Source: an uncultured Acidobacteriota bacterium (lineage in GTDB: Bacteria; Acidobacteriota; Thermoanaerobaculia; Multivoradales; UBA5704). Taken from it: 64,000 bases of DNA. A program made the position numbers and the translations under genes. Below the pieces are notes generated by a model. The model was not told where the DNA came from and ran no database searches. It was given only the letters and a program-made list of their open reading frames with translations. Location: NCBI GenBank assembly GCA_963700145.1, contig OY969474.1, positions 96,001 through 160,000 of the forward strand, in the 5' to 3' direction. Position 1 is the stretch's first letter. Each line of letters begins with the position of its first letter. Below, piece after piece: positions 39,901-48,753 of the stretch.

Positions 39901-41185
39901 GGTAAACGAACTCAAGCAGAGGACCGTCCCCTCCGAAGCGGTGCCACGCTTCGTTGAAGGTTGGAAAGGCGTTGACAGCATCGCCACGAGTTACCAGCCT
40001 TGCGTAAACGTTCGCCGCCTCCGTCTCAGTGAAATCGAGTCGGATATCAGCTGGGAACCCGATTTCGCTCTCGGAAGCCGTTCGACGGGCCAGGTCTTCT
40101 TCTCGGATTGCAACCAGAATGCGTACATTCTCGATGTCCAGCAGTTCCCGAATCAGTGCGACCCATTGGAGATCCCGCGGTGCCACATCGATCAAGAGGA
40201 AGACTGGAACGTTGACTGCGCGAAGGTGATCAGCGAGCGCGTTAGCAATTTTGCTGGCGTGGCGGCGGTCGTCGATCGCAGTTACCATAAAGCGCCATTC
40301 CTCTGGCACGTAGTCATGAAGGTAGCGGAGAAGGAGAGAAGTTTTTCCCTGTCCAGAAGCTCCATGAACGATAACAACCTTCTTGCCTCGCAGATTGTCA
40401 TCAATAAGTGTTAGGAGTTCATCGCGCCTCACATCAAGACCGGCACGGATGTGGGCATACCGTGCTGCCGTTCCCCGATAGTATTCTGTCGCTAATGTGT
40501 CGATTGACGGAAGAGTAGAAGCCGGAAGATCCTCGAGCGGCTTGATAGTAGTAAACCACTCTTCATGGTGGTCCCTCCTTTCTGCGAAGTATCTCCCTAC
40601 TGCCAGTAACCGGTCACGCAGGTCACGGTACGTGATTCGGTATCGGTTCTCGGCCGCTTGGAGAACCCACCACACCAGAAGATCAAGGGCACGGGCGGGA
40701 TCGCCGGCTGTGAGAGTCTGTGTGAAGTGCCCATGGACCCGCTGGCGTACAGTAGCTTCGTCGACTTTCACGATTTGAAGCCGACGTGCGAGCTCGGCGA
40801 CTTCGTCGTTTGAATAGCCGTATTCTCTCAGCTTTCTGGAGAACTTGGCGAGCGCTTCATCCTCCCGGCGTTGAAATGCTTCTAGCTCTGGGCCCAGAGG
40901 ACCAAAGCTCGTCAGCTCGAAAGCGCTCGACTTATCTTCCGAATTAAGTAGCCGGCGCAGAAGGGAAGTCTCCTTACGTGGAAAAAGGTCGGAAAGCGTC
41001 AAGGGAGCCGAGTAGGCCTTGACCTGGATTGCTTTGATGAGGCGTGCATTCTCATAGATTGCAAGATCTTCCTTTCCTTCGGGCTGGAACTCCCTTGAAC
41101 TGCTCGCGTCACGCAGGATGAGATCGAGCGTATGAAGCGCTTGGAGGCGAAAGCCGCTAATTGCTGCCTTGGCACCTGATTCCAT
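36929..41185 (-). CDS. Large PD-(D/E)xK nuclease + STAND-like P-loop NTPase protein, candidate anti-phage effector; low GC
   Basis: N-terminal SGAKAAISGF..Q, EGKEDL and IQVK; Walker A GASGQGKT and Walker B-like FLLID; long helical C-terminus; GC visibly lower than the flanks. Confidence 0.75.
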   Translation of the reverse strand: MESGAKAAISGFRLQALHTLDLILRDASSSREFQPEGKEDLAIYENARLIKAIQVKAYSAPLTLSDLFPRKETSLLRRLLNSEDKSSAFELTSFGPLGPELEAFQRREDEALAKFSRKLREYGYSNDEVAELARRLQIVKVDEATVRQRVHGHFTQTLTAGDPARALDLLVWWVLQAAENRYRITYRDLRDRLLAVGRYFAERRDHHEEWFTTIKPLEDLPASTLPSIDTLATEYYRGTAARYAHIRAGLDVRRDELLTLIDDNLRGKKVVIVHGASGQGKTSLLLRYLHDYVPEEWRFMVTAIDDRRHASKIANALADHLRAVNVPVFLLIDVAPRDLQWVALIRELLDIENVRILVAIREEDLARRTASESEIGFPADIRLDFTETEAANVYARLVTRGDAVNAFPTFNEAWHRFGGDGPLLEFVYLITQTASLRSVLASQVRRLREEVRSGTLAPEALRFLHICAAATSFEAHVRLAPLAAHLGLKDPIGIVALFENEYLLRVSADRAEVEALHPVRSGLLALELQDPVLAPAEELALQGLPFIPENDLEVFLLYLLSRHPNCWARLPAALAQLPRLGWTGGGGIGRVLLWWGTKCYLEENRPTIEEARNIASEAWAFLVLPDVAGALGQDPAEGVLDLLGRTNPAVAEMLRRIRSHLTPRSRLFEPITNWLLNTKIATEPSDLSDWEGLAELTFWAGRLNIPVPGTFELADLPVGSLPLSIQAQICLALAEADPTRQAQLLRLHGEALRTRFREDTESLILTESGETVTAEFLVPFDLLADSRTESPETDGAVLESVEILPVRRTSTATRQGPRKESLDAILNNEAVRRAELLHGFFPDKEQYCTQGHGHQLTVAGVELPHDSTRKQMPPTALPAPWLVRVNATLHSLEAFGRRPDTWNLYAELLLSIRETIATVLLQLHRALSAYFENNSARSLFGSTLTTELWEQAKQAAGTVPHLPMSAVDEWGLSSETQRDGSAKASAFSTNIASTFALGRHRAFAKAMQDYTFAISNFLSQAEILCVVHGMIGRNIRNKSEVIALATAQYGYGEDKIRLSKHNLFQVMICLSAMQRAFNERVGHLADTDKLIRVAKRETNLFPELWALWYQFCDFPEKRMQAAGAQSVSEMEEALALVRKELKRSLTSPMWSVVMIRDRFVWQGRPAMVLCLDLTSLTDLEAARADVLARLGEMLEGARFGSLVQYALEYYWPNILIIPRLAGVAPESGAWVVPSFVFSHGGDRENPDRPWLRVLQPLSQEQMETLGVEVSRAARIESLNALQECLGKVHLHFAHLALLAKLSPRLDEVGISILDRYLAASARQLTQEVDNLRNLLPRAVGEVEQSTWVAQEILEVLLEPIKSLRTELEGLEDRRLTPDLQRYDAEARRFQELASSLVVLRWMSVPGAIGAGDIASGPS

Positions 41186-41489
41186 CGTGTAATTCCTCGA
41201 GGTTCGAGCTAACGCGCGTTCATAGCTCCCGCGTTCTCGCACGCGCCAGTGGCTTGATAGCGACCCCGTAGTCGGAAGCCGCCGCTCGATGATCCGGCCG
41301 GGGTTGCGTCGTCTGCAAAGCGAGAACGACGCGCTGGCTCGGTGAAGGGGGAGTTGAGGACAGCTTTTCGATGGCTATCTTGGGCATAAGGTGTCGTCGC
41401 GAGGCTCAGCCGCATCGTACCAGCCCTCTTTTGGTTGGTGGAAGGCGTCGGCCGAGTTGACCCCTGAGGTCGGACGGGCGCGAGACGGA

Positions 41490-41591
41490 CCGCTACGGAG
41501 CGGGGCTGCTCGAGCGGCTGGCCATGCTTTGGATCTCCCCCGCCTACGTCCAGGGGCTCGGCCCCGGCATCGCCTCAAGCTGCTCCGGCGG
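41490..41591 (+). pseudogene. Degenerate duplicate of the oxidoreductase 3' end (right direct repeat)
   Basis: Aligns by eye to 36813-36917 with substitutions and small deletions; the stop codon is absent. Confidence 0.85.
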
Positions 41592-41616
41592 CCGGAAGAT
41601 GCCAAAAAGGCACTCC

Positions 41617-41943
41617 GGGAAGCTCCCCTTCGGAAAGCGAAGCTTTTCTTTTGAAAAGCGAAGCTTCCCCTTTGAAAAGTGAAGCTTACCTTTTGGACAG
41701 GGAAGCTTCCCTCTTGAAAGGTGAAGCTTAGCTTTCCGGTAGGGAAGCTTCCCTCTCGAAAGGTGAACCTTAGCTTTCGGGTGGCGAAGCTTCCCTCTTG
41801 AAAGGGGAAGCTTGGCTTTCCGGTAGCGAAGCTTCCCTCTCGCAAAGCGAAGCTTCCCTTTTGGTTGGCGAAGCTTCCCTCTTCAAAGGCGAAGCTTGCC
41901 TTTTGGCTGGGGAAGCTTCCCTTTTGAAGAGCGAAGCTTCCTT
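41617..41943. repeat. Tandem array of ~16 x 21 bp with palindromic core GAAGCTT(C)
   Basis: Cores at 41639, 41660, 41681 ... 41933 with an exact 21-bp step (one GAACCTT variant), plus a degenerate copy at 41619. Confidence 0.9.
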
Positions 41944-41955
41944 GACGCGGGACGA

Positions 41956-41985
41956 CGGTGGCCCTGCCCGAAGGCAGGGCCACCG
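41956..41985 (-). terminator. Strong hairpin downstream of the S8 peptidase gene
   Basis: 13-bp stem CGGTGGCCCTGCC/GGCAGGGCCACCG with a UUCG loop on the minus strand; no U tract. Confidence 0.6.
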
Positions 41986-41995
41986 GTTGCAGCGA

Positions 41996-44900
41996 CTACT
42001 GGTCCGGACGGTGCGTGACCCGGATCGCGTTGATGAGCGGCTCCCTGTCGGCTTGCCGCATGATGAAGCGGACGTTCAGTTGCCCGTCGGTCACCGGGAG
42101 CATGAACGACTTGTCGTCCGCTGCGTTCTTGCCGACCTCGGCGGCGATGTCGAACGCGAACAGGGCGATGTTGCCCTCGATGGTGACGTCGAAGATCCGT
42201 TGGCCCGCCTTGCGGTTCTGGATCTCGGCGAAGCGCAGCTCCACCTGGTACGTGCCGGGCGGTAGACCGTCGAAGCGATACTCGGTCGCGCCGCGCCGGG
42301 CGGTCTTGTAGAGCTGGTCGTCCTCGGTGCCCGCGATCGCCGAGTTCGTGCTGGCCTCGTTACCGCGGGTGACGTAACCGAAGGAACCCGCAGTCCATGC
42401 CTGATCGCGTGCCCAGGCGTCGGCGTTGACGTCGACGTATCCGCCGTTGGCGGCGACGTCGACCCCTTGCTGGTACGCCGGCACGATCAGCCTCACCGGG
42501 ACGGTCAGTTGCGGCTGCCGGCCGCTGTTGGTGGCGATGAACAGCGTCGCGTTGTAGACGCCGGGCTGGAGGCCGGTGGTGTCGACCGTCACCTCGATCT
42601 CCTGCGTGTCGCCGGGTGTGACGATGCCTGCGGTCGGGCTCTCGGAGATCCAAGGCACGTCCACGAACGCCGGCACGCCGCTGTCGATGAGGTACACCGT
42701 GTTGGGGGCCTGGTCGATCATCCACAGGTTGCCCGCCTCGTCCATCTCCAGACCGGCGCCGGCGAAGCCGGGGCTCGGGTGCGGCAGCGTCGAGAGCACC
42801 TGGCAGGTGTCCGGATCGAGCTGGTAGATGGTGTCGGTCGGGCTGTTGGTCGCCGACCAGACGATGCCGAAGGCGGGGTTCCAGGCCAGGCCGGAGATGT
42901 TGGGGTCGGGCGGGCTGCACTGCCCGATGACCGCGCCCTTGTCGGGGTAGGAGAGACCCTTGACGTGATAGAGGATCCCCTCGTTCCAGCCGCCGATGTA
43001 GAAGCTGTCGTCGTCGGACCGGTAGGCGAGACCGCGCTGCGAGATGCCCGTCCAGGGGAAGGCCCCGGTGATGCTGCCTTCGACGGCGCCGCTGTTGATG
43101 TTCCAACAGTAGATGCCGTTGTCGCCCCCGACGTTGACCTGGCACATCAGGTTGTGGCCGGTGTCGAGAGCCATGTCGCCGGGCCACGCGCCCGCCCACG
43201 GCGCCGGCCAGTTGCGGCCGGTGGCCGCGCCCACGTCCGTGAACTCGTGGTTGCGGTTGTTGGTGGGGATGTCCGAGAGCCAGACGTTGCCGGTGTAGCC
43301 GACCCCCCAGGCCAGGCTGAGGCCGGTGGGCGGCCAGGAGCGGATGACGTCGCCCGGAGCCGTGGGCTGCCAGCCGGGCAGCGGGTTCTCGTACAGCCCA
43401 TCCGTGGTGGTGGAGTTGGGGTCGAAGTCGCCCTTGCGCGGCTGGGCCTGCAGCGAAGCCGCCGCCTGACCGCCGCCCGACTCCCGAATCTCCCACGTCA
43501 TGTCGACGCCGCCGGTGTTGCTGAGGCGCAGCGTCCGCGTGCGGGTCTGGTTGGCGGGCACCACGAGCTGCAGCGAGGTCGGGGTGACCACGCCGCGCGC
43601 CGTGTCGAGCGTGAAGTTCTGCACCGCCACCTCGTCCTCCTGATCCAGCACCACCTCCGCCGACTCGGTGCTGTAGTTGGTGGCGCTGGCCTCGACGGTG
43701 TAGGTGTCGAGCGGCAGCTGCGCGCGGTAGAAGCCGGCAGCGTCGGTGGTCGTCTGGCGGAAGAGCGAGCCGTCACGCAGGAAGCGGACGGTGGCGCCCC
43801 CCACGGGCAGGTTGTCGTTGCCGTCCCGCACCGTGCCCTGGATGAAGCCCGAAGGCGGCAGGCGGTAGAGGACCGCGAAATCGTTCTCGAGCGACGACTC
43901 GTCGGACGAGTACTGCAGCGCCACCGTGCCCGCCTGGTTCTCGATGCCGACGGTGGCCGAGTTGCCCGTCTCCCGCCCGTCCGCGTTGTTGATGTCCGTG
44001 TACTGGGTCAGGATGCGGCCGTTCTCGAACAGCACCACTTCGAAGCGCAGCCGCCGGCCCGGGTCGCCGAAGAAGTGCACGTTGCGCCACTCGATGACGA
44101 ACTGGCGGTTGGGCGCGGCGCCCAGGAGCTGGGTGCGCACGCTGGCGCTGCCGTCCACGAAGAGGTCGTCCCAGAACGGATAGACCGCGCCGTTGGGGGG
44201 GAAGGTGCTCGGGATGGCCGAGTTCCCGAACGTCGCGTTGGGCGCCAGGAAGTTGAGGAACCCGTTGGTGGCGACGTGCGCGGTGCTGTGGGTCTCGCCG
44301 TAGAAGGTGAACGGGAAGGGCAGGCTCACCTGCGCCGAGGCGTCGTCGCCGCTGAGCGGCAGGACGGTGTTGGCGTCGATGAAGCTGACCGGCACCACCT
44401 GGCAGAAGTAGCCGAAGGCGTCGGAGCGCTGGGGCAGGACGAAGTCCAGGGTCGTCGGCCCGGCGACCACCAGTGCCTGCTCCTGCGGATCGTTGCAGCG
44501 CCCGGCCTCGGCGCGGGCGGCGTAGGTCCCTTCCGGTACCGAGGCGAAGCTGTAGAAGCCGGCGCCGTCGGTGAACGCGGGCGGGATGGGAGTGCCCAAG
44601 ATGGTCACCTTGGCGTTGGCGATGGGATTGCCGTCGCCGTCCCTGACGTGCCCGCTCACCGGATGGGACGGAGCCTGCTGCAGGGCGAAGTCCTGGGTCG
44701 TGACGCCGCCGTCCGTCACCTCGACGCCGGTCGCGGTCTCGCTGACGAAGCCGAAAGCGCTGGCGGTGACGTCGTAGGTGCCGATCGGCAGCGTGAAGCT
44801 GTAGTTGCCGCCGGCGTTGGCGGTCGTCGTCCGGTCGGCGGGGCCGACCGCGTGGAGCGTGGCCCCGGCAATCGGCGCCCCGCCCGGATCCTCGGTCACC

Positions 44901-46369
44901 GTGCCGTCGAGCGTGCCCGTCGGGCCGCGCGGGGACTGGTCGACGGCGTCGAAGGCGTCGAGCCGGCCCTCGCCGAAGACGTTGTTGTCGTCGGCGTCGC
45001 CGCCGCACTGCGCGTCGAAGGTGTCGATGGCCGTGCCGTCGAGCAGCGTCCGGGTGGTGTCGATGTCGCCGACGAGCGCGATGGCCGCCGACCACATGAG
45101 GGCCACCGTGCCGGCCACGTGGGGCGACGCCATCGAGGTGCCGTTGAAGGAGGCGTAGGAGTTGAACGGCACCGAGCTGCGGACGTTGACCCCGGGAGCG
45201 GCGATGTTGGGTTTGAGCTCGCCACCGAACGCCGAGGGGCCGCGGCTGGAAAAGCCGGCGATGTTGTTGTTGATGTCGAAAGCGCCGGCGGCGTAGGTGT
45301 TGACGAAATCGCCGGGCGAGCCGGCGCTGAAGCACCCGGGGCCGGCGTTGCCGTTGGAGAAGGCGGGGAAGATGCCGCTCGCCACCCAGGCGTCGACGGT
45401 GGCTTGGTAGAAGGGGTTGCCGGGGCCGCCGCCCCAGGAGTTGTTGACGACGTGCGGCCGCAGGTCGGGCCGCGGGTTCTGATCGTTGAGGTCGGTCGGC
45501 GCGAGGATCCACTGGCCGCAGCCGAGGAGCGCCGAGTCCGAGCAGAAGTTCGACTCGCACCCCTTGCACGCCATGAACCGCGCATGGGGAGCGACGCCGA
45601 TCTGGTTGGCCCCGGGGTCGCCGTCGTCGCCCACCATGGTGCCCATGGTGTGCGTGCCGTGCCCGTTGTTGTCGCAGGGCACGTTGGACGGGCTGCCGCA
45701 CACGTTCGACGGGTCTCGCCAGTTGTAGTTGTGGTCGAAGCTCCCGCCTCCCAGGTTGCCGCGGTACTGCTGCACCAGCGCCGGGTGGTCGAACTGCACG
45801 CCGGTGTCGACGTTGGCCACCACGATGCCCTCGCCGCGCGTGCCGAAGGTGGACCAGGCCAGGGGCGCCCGGATGCGGTCGATGTTCCACTCCACGGCGT
45901 CGACGAGCGCCTCTTCCGTGCCGGGCTCGGGCTTGGGAATCTCGTAGCCGCCCTCGAGCACGATCCTGTCGACCTCCGGCCGGGCGGCCAGCTCGTTGAG
46001 CAGGGCCTCGTCACCGGTGACGCGGATGGCATTGACGATCCAGAACGACTTGTGGTTCACCCCGCGGTCCGCCAGCCAGCGGCGCAGGGGAGCCTGGCTC
46101 GCCTCGGCCACCGCTTGGAGCCGCTGGTGGACGAAGGCCCCGCGCTCCGTGCGGTTGTCGATGCCGTGGGCGGGGCGGAGGTCCGCCTTCTGTTTGAGGA
46201 CCACGAAGAAGGTCGCCTCGCCCTTGGCGGCCATCTCCTCGAGGAGCTCGGCCTCGACCTTCTCCGCCGCCTGCAGGCCTGAGTTCGCGGCCAGGAGAAC
46301 GAGCAGACACACGATGAGCAGGACCACTCCGCGCTGCCCGACGCGGAGTCGCCTAGCTGCGGTCGCCAT
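41996..46369 (-). CDS. Secreted multidomain S8 peptidase (bacillopeptidase F-like) with carboxypeptidase-regulatory-like domains and C-terminal malectin domain
   Basis: VDTG / HGTHTMG / GTSMASPHV triad, signal peptide, GGAGG RBS; C-terminal LRFAEI..GQRIFDV..INAIRV. Confidence 0.9.
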   Translation of the reverse strand: MATAARRLRVGQRGVVLLIVCLLVLLAANSGLQAAEKVEAELLEEMAAKGEATFFVVLKQKADLRPAHGIDNRTERGAFVHQRLQAVAEASQAPLRRWLADRGVNHKSFWIVNAIRVTGDEALLNELAARPEVDRIVLEGGYEIPKPEPGTEEALVDAVEWNIDRIRAPLAWSTFGTRGEGIVVANVDTGVQFDHPALVQQYRGNLGGGSFDHNYNWRDPSNVCGSPSNVPCDNNGHGTHTMGTMVGDDGDPGANQIGVAPHARFMACKGCESNFCSDSALLGCGQWILAPTDLNDQNPRPDLRPHVVNNSWGGGPGNPFYQATVDAWVASGIFPAFSNGNAGPGCFSAGSPGDFVNTYAAGAFDINNNIAGFSSRGPSAFGGELKPNIAAPGVNVRSSVPFNSYASFNGTSMASPHVAGTVALMWSAAIALVGDIDTTRTLLDGTAIDTFDAQCGGDADDNNVFGEGRLDAFDAVDQSPRGPTGTLDGTVTEDPGGAPIAGATLHAVGPADRTTTANAGGNYSFTLPIGTYDVTASAFGFVSETATGVEVTDGGVTTQDFALQQAPSHPVSGHVRDGDGNPIANAKVTILGTPIPPAFTDGAGFYSFASVPEGTYAARAEAGRCNDPQEQALVVAGPTTLDFVLPQRSDAFGYFCQVVPVSFIDANTVLPLSGDDASAQVSLPFPFTFYGETHSTAHVATNGFLNFLAPNATFGNSAIPSTFPPNGAVYPFWDDLFVDGSASVRTQLLGAAPNRQFVIEWRNVHFFGDPGRRLRFEVVLFENGRILTQYTDINNADGRETGNSATVGIENQAGTVALQYSSDESSLENDFAVLYRLPPSGFIQGTVRDGNDNLPVGGATVRFLRDGSLFRQTTTDAAGFYRAQLPLDTYTVEASATNYSTESAEVVLDQEDEVAVQNFTLDTARGVVTPTSLQLVVPANQTRTRTLRLSNTGGVDMTWEIRESGGGQAAASLQAQPRKGDFDPNSTTTDGLYENPLPGWQPTAPGDVIRSWPPTGLSLAWGVGYTGNVWLSDIPTNNRNHEFTDVGAATGRNWPAPWAGAWPGDMALDTGHNLMCQVNVGGDNGIYCWNINSGAVEGSITGAFPWTGISQRGLAYRSDDDSFYIGGWNEGILYHVKGLSYPDKGAVIGQCSPPDPNISGLAWNPAFGIVWSATNSPTDTIYQLDPDTCQVLSTLPHPSPGFAGAGLEMDEAGNLWMIDQAPNTVYLIDSGVPAFVDVPWISESPTAGIVTPGDTQEIEVTVDTTGLQPGVYNATLFIATNSGRQPQLTVPVRLIVPAYQQGVDVAANGGYVDVNADAWARDQAWTAGSFGYVTRGNEASTNSAIAGTEDDQLYKTARRGATEYRFDGLPPGTYQVELRFAEIQNRKAGQRIFDVTIEGNIALFAFDIAAEVGKNAADDKSFMLPVTDGQLNVRFIMRQADREPLINAIRVTHRPDQ

Positions 46370-46477
46370 ATGCACCTCCCTGTGGTTTGGAGTTTTACCT
46401 TCTAGCTGTATTCATATATCACAGGCGCAGAGGCTGCGCTATGGCGAATTTCCTACGCAGGAAGAGGGGAAGCTTCC

Positions 46478-48571
46478 CTAGGGCGTGACGATCCGCACGG
46501 CGCGGTCGCGCTCGAGAGGAACGACGGCCTCGCCCAGGATCTCGTTGTAGATCGGGTCGCGCACGGCGAGGACGTAGCGGCCGGCGCCGAGGCCCGCGAA
46601 GACGAAGCCGCCCGCCTCGTCGGTGAGGGTGCTGGTGAGCCGCTCGTCGGCGGCGTCGCCCTCCTGCCGCAGGTCGATCCACAGCCCGGCGGCCGCTTCG
46701 TCGGTCACCTGGCCGCGCAGGGTCAGCGGCGGGCCGGCCGGGAAGACGATCTCGGCCGACTCGGCGGTCCCGGCTTCGCCGACCACGATGCGGGCGCGGG
46801 CGACGCGGACGCCGCCCTCCCGCCGCAGCCGCGCGGTCAGCTCCCAGGGGCCGGGGCCGAGGTCGCTCAGCTCGAACTCGGCCGCGGGGTCGACGCGGGT
46901 GCGGTGCTCGATCTCTCCTTGGCGCGCCAGGACCTCGACGTCGATGAGCTCCTCCGCGGCGAGCCCGACGATGCGCCCGTGGAGCGGCACCGGCTCGCGC
47001 AGCCGGAGCTCGATGCCGGCGACCGGCGCCTCCCCGACCTCGATCGGCTCTTCCGCCGTGACGCTCGCCAACCCTTCCCACGAAGCGGTCAAGACGTAGC
47101 TCCCCGGGTGCACGCGGAAAGCGAAGGTGCCGTCCTTGCCCGCACCGTGACCCCACAACGGGCGCGGTTGTCCCACCGCCCGCGCCTGGACGCTCGCGTA
47201 GGCCTGCGGCGTCCCGTCGGGCGCGAGCACGCGTCCCTGGATCTCGACCAGCGGGCGGATTTCGAGATCGAAGTCGATTTCGCGCTCGCCCGGCGCGATC
47301 CGCACCTCCGCTTCGACGCCAAGACCGGGCGCGTCCGCGCGCAACCGCCAGAGACCGGGGCCCAGGCCGGTCAGGGTGAAGCGGTTCTCGGCGTCGAGCT
47401 CGGCCCGCCGGTAGACGCCGCGCTGATACGCCTCGACCTCCTGGCGTCGCTGTTCCGGGTCGGCCCCGAGGACTCGGCCGCGCAGCGTGGCGGCGTCGGC
47501 GAGCCGGATCTCCAGCCCTTCGACCGGCGCGCCGCGCACGACGACGGGGCGCTCCAGCCGTCCGGGGGCGTAGCCGGCGGCCTCCGCCGAGAGCTCGTGG
47601 ATGCCGTCGCCGCTCGGCAAGCTGAAGCCGCCGTCGGCGGCGCTCCGCGTCTCGCCGGCGACGCCGCCGCCACGCTCCTCCCACCGCACGCGTGCATCAC
47701 CGACCGGCCGGCCGGCGGCGTCCACCACCCGGCCCCGCAGCTCGTGCGCGATGCGCGCGCTCAAGCGGAAGTCGGCTTCGTTCTCTCCCGAGCCGACCTC
47801 GACGCTCTGCTGGGCGTAGTCGAGCCCTGGCGGGTGGAGCTGGACCCATACCGGACCCGGCTCGAGGCCCGTGAGGACGTAGCGGCCGTCGGCGTCGCTC
47901 TTGACGTCGTTGTGGTTCGAACGGCCCGACGAAGCGAAGAGGCGGACCTCGCCGCGCGGCTTGCCGTCGCTGCCGAGCACCCTGCCGCGCAGGACCGCCC
48001 CCCGCTCCACGAGGACGTCGGGGACTCGCGCTTCGCCGGCCGCCAGCTTCAGGTGGAAGGGCGGCGCCTTGAGGTAGCCGGGCGCCTCGACGTGCAGCCG
48101 ATAGAGACCGGGCTCGAAGTGATCGACCAGGAACGAGCCGTCGGGCCCGGTGCGGGTGGTGCGAGCCGACCGGTCGCGCGGGCAGACACCGTCGGCGAAG
48201 GAGGAGCAGCGCGCACCGGAGTCGGTGAGCTGCCGCCCCCAGACGTTGGCGCCGGCGACCGGGCTCCCCGTCACCGCGTCGAGCACCCTTCCGGCGACGC
48301 GGGCGGCAGGCTCGAGGACGACGCGGATCGGCTCGCCGCCGCGGCGCGCGATCACGCCCTGGGTGAGGAAGCCCGGACCGCAAAGCTCGACGAAGAGGTC
48401 GCTCTGCATCTCCGGGAGAACGAAACGGCCGTCGGCGCCGGTCACCGCCAGCCGCTGGGGACCGTGCCCGGAGGTGAGGTCCCAGACCTCGATCCCGGCG
48501 GCCGGCGCGCCGAGCGGATCGGTGATTCGGCCGGCGAGGAGGAGGAGCGCGGGGAGGAGGGGGCGCAGCAT
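46478..48571 (-). CDS. Carboxypeptidase regulatory-like repeat protein
   Basis: Repeated GRVLD..G.PV.GA.V...T..DG.F...L.PG.Y modules. Confidence 0.8.
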   Translation of the reverse strand: MLRPLLPALLLLAGRITDPLGAPAAGIEVWDLTSGHGPQRLAVTGADGRFVLPEMQSDLFVELCGPGFLTQGVIARRGGEPIRVVLEPAARVAGRVLDAVTGSPVAGANVWGRQLTDSGARCSSFADGVCPRDRSARTTRTGPDGSFLVDHFEPGLYRLHVEAPGYLKAPPFHLKLAAGEARVPDVLVERGAVLRGRVLGSDGKPRGEVRLFASSGRSNHNDVKSDADGRYVLTGLEPGPVWVQLHPPGLDYAQQSVEVGSGENEADFRLSARIAHELRGRVVDAAGRPVGDARVRWEERGGGVAGETRSAADGGFSLPSGDGIHELSAEAAGYAPGRLERPVVVRGAPVEGLEIRLADAATLRGRVLGADPEQRRQEVEAYQRGVYRRAELDAENRFTLTGLGPGLWRLRADAPGLGVEAEVRIAPGEREIDFDLEIRPLVEIQGRVLAPDGTPQAYASVQARAVGQPRPLWGHGAGKDGTFAFRVHPGSYVLTASWEGLASVTAEEPIEVGEAPVAGIELRLREPVPLHGRIVGLAAEELIDVEVLARQGEIEHRTRVDPAAEFELSDLGPGPWELTARLRREGGVRVARARIVVGEAGTAESAEIVFPAGPPLTLRGQVTDEAAAGLWIDLRQEGDAADERLTSTLTDEAGGFVFAGLGAGRYVLAVRDPIYNEILGEAVVPLERDRAVRIVTP

Positions 48572-48753
48572 GCCCGCTCGCCTAGCAACCCGGATGCCCG
48601 GCGTTTACGCCCGCAAACGCCCTGTTTGCAGGGCGTTCCGCCGCTCGCGCGTCCATCCGGGTGGACGGGTTCAGCGTGCCGTCTCCGGTCCGCCGGATCG
48701 TCCGCCGCGCGCGCTGAAACATGGTCCCCGGCGCGTGCGTAAGGAAACAGCAA

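Noticed and set aside
41375-41983. 202-aa heptad-repeat ORF (xGSFxxx) over the 21-bp array
   Set aside because: It starts inside a terminator-like hairpin without a clear RBS and runs into the antisense of the duplicated gene fragment. An open frame is expected from a 21-bp period. Not fully excluded.
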